DNA from: an uncultured Planctomycetaceae bacterium
GTDB lineage: Bacteria > Planctomycetota > Phycisphaerae > SM23-33
Direction of reading: 5' to 3'
DNA length: 39,978 nucleotides
Assembly: GCA_964605095.1 (NCBI GenBank)
Contig: CAZSBS010000005.1
Coordinates: forward strand, 1 to 39,978
Each line of letters begins with the position of its first letter. Positions within the stretch are counted from its first letter, which is position 1. A program made the translations under genes and the position numbers. Below, in pieces: positions 1 to 8,991 of the stretch. The notes under the pieces were generated by a model. It searched no databases and was not told the DNA's origin. It saw nothing but the letters and a program-made list of their open reading frames with translations.

Positions 1-63
1 CTGGATGCCAAATGGAAAACTGTCTAAATTAACAATTGGGCAACACGCCCTACTGCCTACCGG

Positions 64-1230
64 CTACCGGTCCAGCACCGTCTGGCGTTCCTCGATGATC
101 GTTTCGACCAGCGCCTTGACGTTTTCTATGGGCACGTCGTTCATGATTTCCTGAGATGGGGCGATGATGTGCCCGCCACCCGCGCCGAGAGTGCGGATGG
201 TCTGGCGGGCCAGGTCCCTTACCTGCTCCGGTTTGCCGAACGGCAGGACCGTCTGAGTGTCTATCCCGCCCCAGAAGACCAGGTCCTTGCCGAACTCGCG
301 CTTGATGTACGCCAGGTCCATGCACGGCTGGACCGGCTCCAGCACCCGCAGGCCGATGTCGATAAGGTCAGGCAGGAAGTCCGTAATGCAGCCGCAAGAG
401 TGCATGATGATCGGGATGCCGGCGTCGTTGTACGGCTGCCAGGCCCGCCTTAGCCGCGGCAGGATGAACTCGCGGAACATCTTTTTGGAGAACATCGTGC
501 CTTCCTGCATGCCCAGGTCGTCGCCATGGTGTGCGACCTTGAAGCCCATCTCGACGACCTTTTCCGCAAACCGCACCTTGTAGTCGGTGATCTTGTCCAG
601 CAGATCGTGGATGACCCGGGGGGTTTCCGCAATGGCGGTCATGAACTCCAGAAAGCCCATCAGGCCGTAGGCGCGCTCGTATATTCCGCAGTACGCGGCC
701 GGGATTACGAGGAACGGCCCGGACTGCTCGCGAAGGTCGCGCCGCATCTCGTCGAAGAGCCCCGGCCTGGACATATCCGGCGCATTATAGGTGGCGACGG
801 CCTGCTCGGCGTCCATGAAGAGGGCCTTGCGGTTGACATCCGGCGGCATGTGCGAGGCCACTTCCTCGTCGGCATTCTTGCCCAACGGGTGGAAGGCCAT
901 GAAGAAGCCGTCCGAGCCGACCTTGACGCCCATGCCCCATGCGTCGTAGACACACTCGCGGTCCCAGTGTGTCCCGCAGAAGCCCATCGACTCCAGCCGG
1001 GCCATCTCCTGGCGGTCGTTGCGGTAGAACAACGGCTTGTCGTGCATCGACAGGGCCAGGCAGAGGTGGTTCTGGAGGTAGCCGTCAAGCTCATCCGCCG
1101 AGCCCAGCCCAAGCGCCTCGCTGATTGCGGCGTCGCGGGTCCGGTCGGAAAAGGTGATCTGGCTGGGCAGGTAGTCCACATCCTGCCCGCGAATCACTCG
1201 CAGCACTCGCTCTTCGTTGGTCATTGCCAT
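64..1230 (-). CDS. Uroporphyrinogen decarboxylase (URO-D)/MtaA-CmuA-like methyltransferase superfamily protein
   Basis: Motifs GIYERAYGLMG, GDDLGMQEGTMFS, IIMHSCG, FWGGIDTQTVLPFG, GGGHIIAPS. Start moved to ATG 1230 (MAMTNEERV), which has GGAG upstream. Confidence 0.85.
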   Translation of the reverse strand: MAMTNEERVLRVIRGQDVDYLPSQITFSDRTRDAAISEALGLGSADELDGYLQNHLCLALSMHDKPLFYRNDRQEMARLESMGFCGTHWDRECVYDAWGMGVKVGSDGFFMAFHPLGKNADEEVASHMPPDVNRKALFMDAEQAVATYNAPDMSRPGLFDEMRRDLREQSGPFLVIPAAYCGIYERAYGLMGFLEFMTAIAETPRVIHDLLDKITDYKVRFAEKVVEMGFKVAHHGDDLGMQEGTMFSKKMFREFILPRLRRAWQPYNDAGIPIIMHSCGCITDFLPDLIDIGLRVLEPVQPCMDLAYIKREFGKDLVFWGGIDTQTVLPFGKPEQVRDLARQTIRTLGAGGGHIIAPSQEIMNDVPIENVKALVETIIEERQTVLDR

Positions 1231-1387
1231 GTCTCCATCTATCGCCCTATGAGTTTGCGCATCGACGGGCGGCTGTGCCAGACTTTTCCAACAGGCTCGG
1301 GGAATCTGATAGGAAATTTGATTTTGCGTGGGCAATCGGCCGGGGTCCGGGGAGGGGGTTCTTGGCTCTTTGCTTGCCCCTTTGGCT

Positions 1388-4300
1388 TCACCAACCAATC
1401 GGGGGCATCTCGTTTTGCTTCTCTCGCCACCGCTTGTAAGTGTCTCTCAAGTAAGGCGGTGCGTACAGACACCAGTCGAATACAGCCAGAACTTGCGGCG
1501 ACAACTTCTGTTGATGGCGTGCAAGGAAATCTCGCAACTGCTGCTCGGAAGCCCGCGGCACACCTATTTCGGCCGCCATTCTTGCGACGACGGGGCGAGA
1601 GTCGAGGACGACTCCCGACATCTCCGCAAGCACTTCCCCATCTGTAAACTGCCTCCCCATTGCGTTGATTGCACCCTGCCATATCTCCAGAGTGTTTGGG
1701 CTCCGGATTACCGCTTCCAACCTCGGGAAATCTTCCCGTGTCGCCAGTTGCCAACACACGCGCCCCGCGGCCGCGCCCACCAAGTGACTCACGTCATCCT
1801 TCTTAGCAGCGACATCAAGAAGGAAAGTAAAGTCCGCGTGCTGTCCAATCACGCTAATCGCCCTGACAGCGACGCGGCGGAGCGGCCAATGCCCACTATC
1901 CGTTGCCAGCTTCCTCAGAAAGGGAAGATCATCGACGTTTCCCAGCTTCCCGACCGCAGCTACCGCGGCATGCTGGACATTCCAGTCGCTGCTCTTCATC
2001 ATTTCCCTGAGGAACGGCAAGTCTTCTGGTCCACCACGTTCCCTAAGAACCCAAGCACATCCCTGCTGCAGGATCGCATTCCCACTCTTTGCCGATTCGC
2101 GGAGCAAAGCAACATCGCCATGGGTGGACAGCTCCGCATAGGCCTTGGCTGCCGCGTGTTGTGCGGGCCAAGAATGCCCTTTCGCAACCCGATCCTCAAG
2201 CAGGGGTAGCCCCTCCTCATCGCCAAGCTTGGCGATGGCCCGCGCCACGGCCCTAAGGACGTCCGTATCCCCATCGCTCACCATCGCTCGTAGGATTGCC
2301 AGCCCCTCCCGGTAACCCAGATTCCCGACCGCCCCAGCCACCGCATCGCGCACACTGAAATCCCCACCTACAGCCGGATGAGGGTACTCGTCGCTTGCCA
2401 ATTGGCCCAATATCGCCAAATCATCCTTCGTCCCCACTCTTCCGATCCCCGCTGCCGCGACTTTGCGGAGATACGGATGTGCGTTTTTCGCAAGTCCGCG
2501 CAGGAGGGGCAAGTTCTCCTTTGTGGCCAGTCCCGCAACACACGCAATAGCGTCCTCGGCTAGCTTTCTAAGTTCAGAGAATGGGCCTCTGAACAAATCG
2601 CATAACGGAGCGACATCTGCACTTGAGCCAATCAGCGATGCAATCTTCAAATACGCCATGGCCCCTGCCATCTGCCGGGTCATTCCAGCGGCCCGAGCCA
2701 GACCAAGGAGGTCTTCACGGCTCAAAGTCGATAGCCAGTACCAGCCCGGTGCCGACCACGTTGCCGGATCGGTGAGTTCGCCGCGTACATCCTTGATGTC
2801 ATGCCCGTAACCATAACTGGCATTGCGCACGTCCGCAGCTTCCATTGTTGCCATGCTCAGCAGCAGCACAGCACGTTCTAGCGGATCTAGGTGTTCGGAG
2901 GGAAGGTGCTCCCGTTGTGTCCACAGATCCGCTATCTCGTGCGCAGCGAGAACACCATGATAACGATCGAAAGTGCGGGCCCTGGCATCAAGAAGCTCCC
3001 TAGCCTCCTTGAAGCAACGTTCTTCTTCGCTGATTAACTCCGCGACGGCGCTCTTAGCGAGCAGATCGTGTATGATTTCCCATTGGCCGGACGCCAGGCG
3101 TCGCACAAGACGCATCTTTACCATGTGCGCCAGGAGTGCCGTTAACTTCTCTGGGGAAATGTGTGTCTCTGCCGCGACCCGCGATTCATCGGCCGATCCC
3201 TTCTTCCCGCTGCTGTGGGCGAGGGTCACCAACACCCTTCGGCCATCCTCTTCGGCAAAACCGTGTTTGGGAAGATCCTTGATGCTTTGTGTGAGGAATT
3301 CCGTGATTACCTGATCGGTCGCGCTATGGCCGCCCGCGGCTAAAGCTCCATACTCCTCCATGCGGACACGTCCCTGCTCCGCCAGTTCGGCTAGACGTAG
3401 CACCACCATCTGTATAAACGGCGGATAGATCGCATGGCCGCCAAATCCTGCCTCGCGCGATGTGGCCGCGGCCAACTCGTCCAGCAACATCTTCACGAAA
3501 ACTTCATCCTCCTCCAATGTGATCTTCTTTGCACCCAACAGTTTCTTCAGCGAGGCCTCCGCATCATTTCGTCCTAGCCTCCGCATTGCGCGCTTTGGCA
3601 GTCCAGCGGCGGTGTGGGAGATGGCCTGCCAAAGCGGCAGTAGCAGGCTTTCCACGTCATCGCGATACGAAAAAAGCAAGGTCAAATGGCGATGCTGGGC
3701 GAGCGCATCCAACACCGGCGACACGATGGGGTCGATTTCAAACGCACCAAAGTAGGCAATATCCTCGAACTGGTCCAACACGACCAGAAGCTTAGAATGC
3801 TTCGCCATTGCCCGTTTGCAAAGTTCGGCAAAACCATCGGTGGCGGCAATGGGACCATCTACAACCTGACGAAAATCCCCGGCTGTGAAGAACGCACCGG
3901 TGACCTTGTCGGGGCGTGTTGCCACGACGCCCCAACCGTAAAGCAGCCTGATTATGGGCACCAAGCCAGCGTGAATCACCGAACTCTTGCCAACGCCGGA
4001 TGGACCGATCAGGAGGGATGACCGCTTGCCCAACACGTGCTGTTCAAGAGCCTTGATTTCCGTATCGCGCCCCGCCAGCAGCACCGCGTCTCCCTCGTGG
4101 TAGTAGTCCATGCCCGGCAGATCGGGCCGCACTTCCTGGGCGGCCTTACGTTGCCACAGATGATCATCGTTCTCAAACTCCAGCTTGTGCGGGAAACCGT
4201 AGCGGCGCAGAGGAATCGCGATGGGCGACCATTCCTCGTCTCGCATGAAGGGTTCGCCTTTGAGCAACGCCTCCCACTGCTCTTGCGAGTCTGGGCAGGC

Positions 4301-4942
4301 CAAGATCACGATGCGATTGCCCTCCACTCGCCACCCGGAAATGCATTGGCGGAACAGGTACTTGATCCGATCCACTCCTTCCAGCTTCGTCGGGTCCGTT
4401 CCAAGTTCGGTAATCCGCGTATTGTCGGTATGCAGCGTGTCTGCCGCCCTTAGGATCACCGCCAGACGCTGAAGATCCACTGGACCGGTTGGCAGAGGAT
4501 GGGCTTCGGGTAAGTCCGCTAGCAGATCCGAATACTCAGCCCCCCTCTTGTCGTGAACACCGACGATGTGGTCGACCGCGATAGCCTCCGCCCACGGGAT
4601 AACTAGTTCCCCATGATGTCTGACGACGAACTCGCCCGACCCCTGGCCGTGCTGTGCATCCTCGGTAATGCAAGTCTTGAGGCCGCGATCCAGGTCGTGG
4701 CAGCAGGCAGAACAAGATAAGAGGAAAAGCACCGGTGCAGTGAACTCGGCAAGCGGCTGCGTCTCACTGAGCAGTCGCCAGACATATAACTCCACGTACA
4801 AGCAGTGACTTGTCCCGTTGTCGCTGCCGTCGGGTTTGCTCGCCCGCGCCTGGAATGGCTTCGCCAACTCCCAGAGCACGTCCGCTCTCCGAGCGAGGTC
4901 CGGATTCAACGTAGCCAGATGTTTCCGAAGCAACGATTCCAT
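1388..4942 (-). CDS. HD-phosphohydrolase (HD-CE-like) + nSTAND1 NTPase + HEAT-repeat protein; candidate NLR/Avs-like defence protein
   Basis: N-terminal H..HD..H..H..D pattern (TSHC, CCHDLD, QHG, GVH, RAADTL). nSTAND1-like entry PGMDYYHEGDAVLLAGRDTE, Walker A GPSGVGKSS, Walker B VVLDQFED, WEIIHDLLA. C-terminal ~31-aa HEAT-like repeats (DLPFLREMMKSSDWNVQHAAVAAVGKLG). Start is ATG 4942 or 4954. Confidence 0.85.
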   Translation of the reverse strand: MESLLRKHLATLNPDLARRADVLWELAKPFQARASKPDGSDNGTSHCLYVELYVWRLLSETQPLAEFTAPVLFLLSCSACCHDLDRGLKTCITEDAQHGQGSGEFVVRHHGELVIPWAEAIAVDHIVGVHDKRGAEYSDLLADLPEAHPLPTGPVDLQRLAVILRAADTLHTDNTRITELGTDPTKLEGVDRIKYLFRQCISGWRVEGNRIVILACPDSQEQWEALLKGEPFMRDEEWSPIAIPLRRYGFPHKLEFENDDHLWQRKAAQEVRPDLPGMDYYHEGDAVLLAGRDTEIKALEQHVLGKRSSLLIGPSGVGKSSVIHAGLVPIIRLLYGWGVVATRPDKVTGAFFTAGDFRQVVDGPIAATDGFAELCKRAMAKHSKLLVVLDQFEDIAYFGAFEIDPIVSPVLDALAQHRHLTLLFSYRDDVESLLLPLWQAISHTAAGLPKRAMRRLGRNDAEASLKKLLGAKKITLEEDEVFVKMLLDELAAATSREAGFGGHAIYPPFIQMVVLRLAELAEQGRVRMEEYGALAAGGHSATDQVITEFLTQSIKDLPKHGFAEEDGRRVLVTLAHSSGKKGSADESRVAAETHISPEKLTALLAHMVKMRLVRRLASGQWEIIHDLLAKSAVAELISEEERCFKEARELLDARARTFDRYHGVLAAHEIADLWTQREHLPSEHLDPLERAVLLLSMATMEAADVRNASYGYGHDIKDVRGELTDPATWSAPGWYWLSTLSREDLLGLARAAGMTRQMAGAMAYLKIASLIGSSADVAPLCDLFRGPFSELRKLAEDAIACVAGLATKENLPLLRGLAKNAHPYLRKVAAAGIGRVGTKDDLAILGQLASDEYPHPAVGGDFSVRDAVAGAVGNLGYREGLAILRAMVSDGDTDVLRAVARAIAKLGDEEGLPLLEDRVAKGHSWPAQHAAAKAYAELSTHGDVALLRESAKSGNAILQQGCAWVLRERGGPEDLPFLREMMKSSDWNVQHAAVAAVGKLGNVDDLPFLRKLATDSGHWPLRRVAVRAISVIGQHADFTFLLDVAAKKDDVSHLVGAAAGRVCWQLATREDFPRLEAVIRSPNTLEIWQGAINAMGRQFTDGEVLAEMSGVVLDSRPVVARMAAEIGVPRASEQQLRDFLARHQQKLSPQVLAVFDWCLYAPPYLRDTYKRWREKQNEMPPIGW

Positions 4943-5070
4943 CGCCCTGATCATCCTGAAAAAGGACCCAATCTCGCTGGCGGAGGCAGAACCTCGGGCG
5001 GTCCCCGGCACAAATTGGCGGATTTGGGGGCGACCCATCGGCCGCAGCCCGAACGTCACACGCTGGGAAC

Positions 5071-5099
5071 AGTATCCCCCTGTAACCAAGCTGTGTCAA
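5071..5099 (-). promoter_or_regulatory. Sigma70-type promoter of the HD-nSTAND-HEAT gene
   Basis: TTGACA (5099-5094), 17-bp spacer, GATACT (5076-5071) on the minus strand. Confidence 0.6.
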
Positions 5100-5200
5100 G
5101 TGACGAAAAACATGCAGCCGCTCGGCGACGACACGAACCTCGCGGCCGGGCAATTCGGCGGCGGCGAGGACCTGACCGCCGTCGCGGACAGCAGGCTTCA

Positions 5201-6343
5201 TCAGCCGCAGATCATCCTTAGCCAGCCTGACAGATTGGTGACCAGGAGCCGCTGGTTTTCGATCTTGCGGGCGATGCGGCAGACGAGGATGCGTTTGTCG
5301 GCGTCGATCATGTCGGCGACGGCGTTCAGGCGCTCGATCATGTCCGTCGAGGGGTCGCTGGTGAGCTTGATCTCGATGGCCCAGCGGTGCGTACCCCAAT
5401 CAAGGACAAGGTCCAACTCGTAGCCGTCGGAGGTGCGGAAGAAGAACGGCTGGGCCTGTTTGCCCACTGCGGATAGGGTGGCGAGCGTCTGCTCGATGAC
5501 GAAACCCTCCCAGCTATGGCCCAGCCAGGGCTGGCGGTAAAGCTGTTCGAGATCGGTCACGTTCATCAGGGCGTGGTGAAGTCCGCTGTCGCGCCAGAAA
5601 ACGCGGGGCGTCTTGACCAGCCGTTTCCTGACGTTGGCGAAGTACGGCTGAAGGCGGCGGATGAGGAACGCGCCTTCCAGGAAATCCCAGCGGCTAAGGA
5701 TGGTCTTGTGGTCCATCGACAGTGAGGCGCCGAGTTGGGATGCGTTGAGCGGCTGGCCGTGCAAGGCCGCGAGCATGGCAAGCAGGCGCATGGTTTGCCG
5801 GGGCTTGCCGGGCAAGCCCCACCCGGGCAGGTCGCACGTGGCCAGCATGTCGAGGTAGTCCGTCTGCCACTCGGGAAACATCCTGGGCGTCAGTATTCCG
5901 CCGTCGGGATAGCCGCCGCGCAGCCAGAGGTCGTCCAACTGGCTGACCTTCAACTCGGGCAGGATGAAAGGCGTCATGCGCACCAATCCCAGCCTCCCGG
6001 CCAGGGATTCCGAAACGTTCTTCATCAGCGCCGGCGAAACCGAGCCCAGCAGCAGGAACCGCCCGTTGCGTTTGCGGTCGGCATCGATCGTGCCTCGCAG
6101 GCGGGAGAACACCTTCGGCGACTGCTGGGCCTCGTCTATGACAACCAGCCTCCTGCCACGAGCAAGGTCGTCCCATTCGGCGTCGAGCCTGGCCTCGCTG
6201 CCACGGGTCTCCATGTCGAAGTAGGCCCCGTCGAACTGACGGGCGAGGGTCGTCTTGCCGCACTGTCGCGGACCAAGAATAGCGACGGCGGGGAACTTGC
6301 CTAGTTCGTCACGTACCTGACGGCTGTATATACGCGAGATCAT
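5201..6343 (-). CDS. AAA+ ATPase (AAA_14) with C-terminal DUF4143 / PD-(D/E)xK-like domain
   Basis: GPRQCGKTT, VIDEAQ, FLLLGS, SESLAGR, RGGYP, KTPRVFWRDSGL, WEGFV, FFRTSDGYELDLV, AIEIK. Start at ATG 6343 (MISRIY). Confidence 0.92.
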   Translation of the reverse strand: MISRIYSRQVRDELGKFPAVAILGPRQCGKTTLARQFDGAYFDMETRGSEARLDAEWDDLARGRRLVVIDEAQQSPKVFSRLRGTIDADRKRNGRFLLLGSVSPALMKNVSESLAGRLGLVRMTPFILPELKVSQLDDLWLRGGYPDGGILTPRMFPEWQTDYLDMLATCDLPGWGLPGKPRQTMRLLAMLAALHGQPLNASQLGASLSMDHKTILSRWDFLEGAFLIRRLQPYFANVRKRLVKTPRVFWRDSGLHHALMNVTDLEQLYRQPWLGHSWEGFVIEQTLATLSAVGKQAQPFFFRTSDGYELDLVLDWGTHRWAIEIKLTSDPSTDMIERLNAVADMIDADKRILVCRIARKIENQRLLVTNLSGWLRMICG

Positions 6344-6344
6344 A

Positions 6345-6382
6345 TTCTTGCATTTTGGGAATCCATTCCCAATTTGCAAGAA
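6345..6382. promoter_or_regulatory. 38-bp inverted repeat abutting the DUF4143 start codon (operator-like)
   Basis: TTCTTGCATTTTGGGAAT-CC-ATTCCCAATTTGCAAGAA; 16 of 18 arm positions are complementary. Confidence 0.55.
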
Positions 6383-6407
6383 CATTCCGCCCGCTATTGC
6401 GGCCAGA

Positions 6408-7334
6408 TCACCGGCGGGTTCTCGCCCAGCGCAGCTTGGCCGAGCGCGAACGGGGATTGGTTTTTGTCTCGGCCACGTCGGCCATGACGGGGTCGGGGCT
6501 TATCTCGGCGTAGATCCCCCGATCCAGGCCGTCGCGGAAGGAGGCTTTCACGCGGCGGTCCTCCCCGCTGTGGAAACTTATGATGGCTGCGACGCCGCCG
6601 GGGGCCAGGCAGGACGGCAGGACTCTCAGGAGGCGTTCGAGGTTTGCCAGTTCCCGGTTGACGAGGATGCGCAGGGCCTGGAAGGTCCTTGCGGCCGGGT
6701 GAAGCTTCGCCCCCGCGGCCCGCCTGAGCGTAAAGTCGCGGGCCTCGCAGACGATGGCGGTCAGGTCCTGCGTGGTCTTGATGGGGTGCTTTGTGCGGCG
6801 CTCGACGATCAGCCGGGCGATGGCTGGAGCGTCGTCCTCGTCGCCGAACTCAAGCAGGGCCTCGGCGAGTTGCCTCTCGGTCATGCGGTTGACCAGCGTC
6901 GAAGCCGGCTCGCCGCGGCTTGGGTCCATGCGCATGTCCAGCGGGCCCTGGCGGCGGTATGAGAAGCCGCGGTCCGGGTCGTCGATCTGCGGGCTTGCCA
7001 CGCCGAGGTCGGCCAGGACGGCGTCGGCCCGTTCGATGCCGGCCTCGGCCAGGACTCTCGGCAGGGCCGCAAAGTTGTTGCGGTACAGGTCGAATCGCAC
7101 CAACGCCGCCACACCTGCCCCAACCGCTTCCAACCGGACGCGGGCAAGGGCGATGTTGGCTGGGTCAAAGTCGATGCCGATGAGCCTGCCGCCGGGGCTG
7201 ACACGCTCAAGCAAGACCGCCGAGTGGCCGCCCAGTCCAAGCGTGCAGTCCACGACCACCTGCCCAGGCCGGAGGTCAAGAACCTCCAGCAGCGGCCCCA
7301 ACAGCACCGGTATGTGGCTGGCATGGCGTTTCAT
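6408..7334 (-). CDS. rsmH: 16S rRNA m4C1402 methyltransferase RsmH (MraW), stand-alone copy
   Basis: HIPVLL, VDCTLGLGGHS, DLGVASPQID, RGFSY, PLDMRMD, HPAARTFQALRI, ISFHSGEDRRVK, NPRSRSAKLR. Confidence 0.93.
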   Translation of the reverse strand: MKRHASHIPVLLGPLLEVLDLRPGQVVVDCTLGLGGHSAVLLERVSPGGRLIGIDFDPANIALARVRLEAVGAGVAALVRFDLYRNNFAALPRVLAEAGIERADAVLADLGVASPQIDDPDRGFSYRRQGPLDMRMDPSRGEPASTLVNRMTERQLAEALLEFGDEDDAPAIARLIVERRTKHPIKTTQDLTAIVCEARDFTLRRAAGAKLHPAARTFQALRILVNRELANLERLLRVLPSCLAPGGVAAIISFHSGEDRRVKASFRDGLDRGIYAEISPDPVMADVAETKTNPRSRSAKLRWARTRR

Positions 7335-7436
7335 TCCAGACACATACCTTATAACACAACATAACACAAACTGACCGCTTCGGCAGGCCGGAGGGCCGAC
7401 AAAGTTCCGCCGTCATTGACAATGATGCCCGGCAAA

Positions 7437-8384
7437 TTACTCGGTCAGGGCCTTACGCATCTTGCCCAGGGCGCAGCCCTGGATCTGGCGGACACGCTCG
7501 TTGGTCAGACCAACCATCTTGCCGACCTCGGCGAGGGTCATACGGCGCTCGGCGGGGTTCATGGCGAACCGCTCCATGACCACCGTTCGCTCCACATCCG
7601 TCAACTTGGCCCGATTCATCAGCAGTATATCGCGGATGGTCTCGACCGTGTCGGCCTGCTGGAACTCGTGACGCTTGACGTCGTAGTCGCTCTTTTCCAT
7701 GGTCGGGTCGTACTCGGCCGGGAAACGCTGGTGATACTGCCCGGTCTTGGTCGCCAGGCGGTTGAAGCTCTTCAGAATGACCCGGCAGCCATAGGTGGAG
7801 AACTTGAAGCCGCGCCCAGCATCGAACTTCTCGACGGCCCGCAACAGGGCCATGTTGCCCTCGCTGACGATCTCGCCAAAGTCGACGTTGGGTATCCGCG
7901 TCCGCTTTGCCATCGCCAGCACCAGGGCAAGGTTGGCACGAACCAGGTCGGCCCGGGCGTTCATGGCCCTTTCGTACCAGACGACCATTTGCTTGGCCCG
8001 GCCAAGGGTTGCACGCCTGAGCTGGGCGTCAACCAGACCGGCCAGGCGATAGCGGGCGTAGTTGTACCGAAGGAACAACTGAGATTCCTCGGCCGCGCTG
8101 AGGCGGCTTCGCCGGCCCTTGCGGGCGGGCTTGATGTCCTCAGCCACTTCCGGAAATGTTGTCCAAACCGGGATTTCGATATCGTCAGCCTCCGAGCTGA
8201 AGAGGTCGTGCTCGGCTTGCGGCCGGTCAAACAAATCGCTGGGAACGTAATCCACGTGGGCGGGGATTCTCGCGTAAGTCAGTCGCTCGGACTCGCTCAG
8301 GCCATGGGGCATGGCCAACTCCACGGCGGCGGGAGCGGTTGCTTCGTCAATTTGCTTGTCAAGAGTATGCGGTGCGTTGTTCAT
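7437..8384 (-). CDS. Alternative sigma-70 family RNA polymerase sigma factor (regions 1.2, 2 and 4)
   Basis: LSAAEE, LVRANLALV, EGNMALLRAVEKFDAGRGFKFSTY, MTLAEVGKMVGLTNERVRQIQ. Start ATG 8384 is an estimate. Confidence 0.9.
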   Translation of the reverse strand: MNNAPHTLDKQIDEATAPAAVELAMPHGLSESERLTYARIPAHVDYVPSDLFDRPQAEHDLFSSEADDIEIPVWTTFPEVAEDIKPARKGRRSRLSAAEESQLFLRYNYARYRLAGLVDAQLRRATLGRAKQMVVWYERAMNARADLVRANLALVLAMAKRTRIPNVDFGEIVSEGNMALLRAVEKFDAGRGFKFSTYGCRVILKSFNRLATKTGQYHQRFPAEYDPTMEKSDYDVKRHEFQQADTVETIRDILLMNRAKLTDVERTVVMERFAMNPAERRMTLAEVGKMVGLTNERVRQIQGCALGKMRKALTE

Positions 8385-8787
8385 GGTAGCATCCTTTCCA
8401 CATTTCCTTCCGTACCAGGGAAACCGCAACGAAAGGCTTAATTGTTCGTTCTTGGACCCATGTTGTATTATTTTTGCCCATTCAACAGAGCCCCTGGCGG
8501 GCTCTAATTTCTTATTCACCTTAATAGTACCACCCTGGTCCTATTTTCCAAGAGAAAACTGAACTTTTTTTAGTCCTATTTGTCTATGTCTGTCCCCAAC
8601 CTGTGTGTCAAGTGCTCGCCAGGAAAGGATATTGCAACATAACATGCTATACTCTAAACTGTTACGCGATCTATGCCTCCCCCGCTGCGCAATGACGCTT
8701 CTCATCGTCGTGGTCGGAAAATATCTGCGCGAACATCGAAGTGCCCCCCATACGGCAGCAGACATTCCCCATCTGGCGCAAGAATCT

Positions 8788-8982
8788 CTACAGGCTACAG
8801 ACTTCAGGTTCTAGATTGCAGATTCAAGATTTCAGATTCCGCAATACGTGCTTTCATGCTCGCTGAAGCGAGCAAGCCTCAACAGCAGGTTCCCGGTTCC
8901 GAGTTCCAGGTTCCGAGTTCCAGGTTCCGAGTTCCAGGTTCCGAGTTCCAGGTTCCGGGTTCCGCCGTTTTCTTTTCCCGGC
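8788..8982 (-). repeat. Interspersed element copy 1: heptamer array + 67-bp hairpin core + (GAGTTCC/AGGTTCC)n + terminal motif
   Basis: Degenerate heptamers at 8788-8843. Core 8827-8893 is the exact reverse complement of 20164-20230. Hairpin TGCTCGC-TGAA-GCGAGCA at 8857-8874. Eleven NNGTTCC units at 8887-8963. GCCGTTTTCTTTTCCCGGC at 8964-8982. Confidence 0.9.
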
Positions 8983-8991
8983 GACCAGTTC

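Noticed and set aside
4955-5065. Fluoride-riboswitch-like start (GGCCGATGGGTCGCC...AAATCCGCC) in the leader of the STAND gene
   Set aside because: The downstream conserved (C/U)UrAUGAC segment is missing and the gene context does not fit. A weak attenuator hairpin before TTTTT cannot be excluded.
5112-5200. Possible gene fragment MQPLGDDTNLAAGQFGGGEDLTAV on the plus strand
   Set aside because: It looks codon-like, but I cannot assign a family, and it runs into the antisense of DUF4143.
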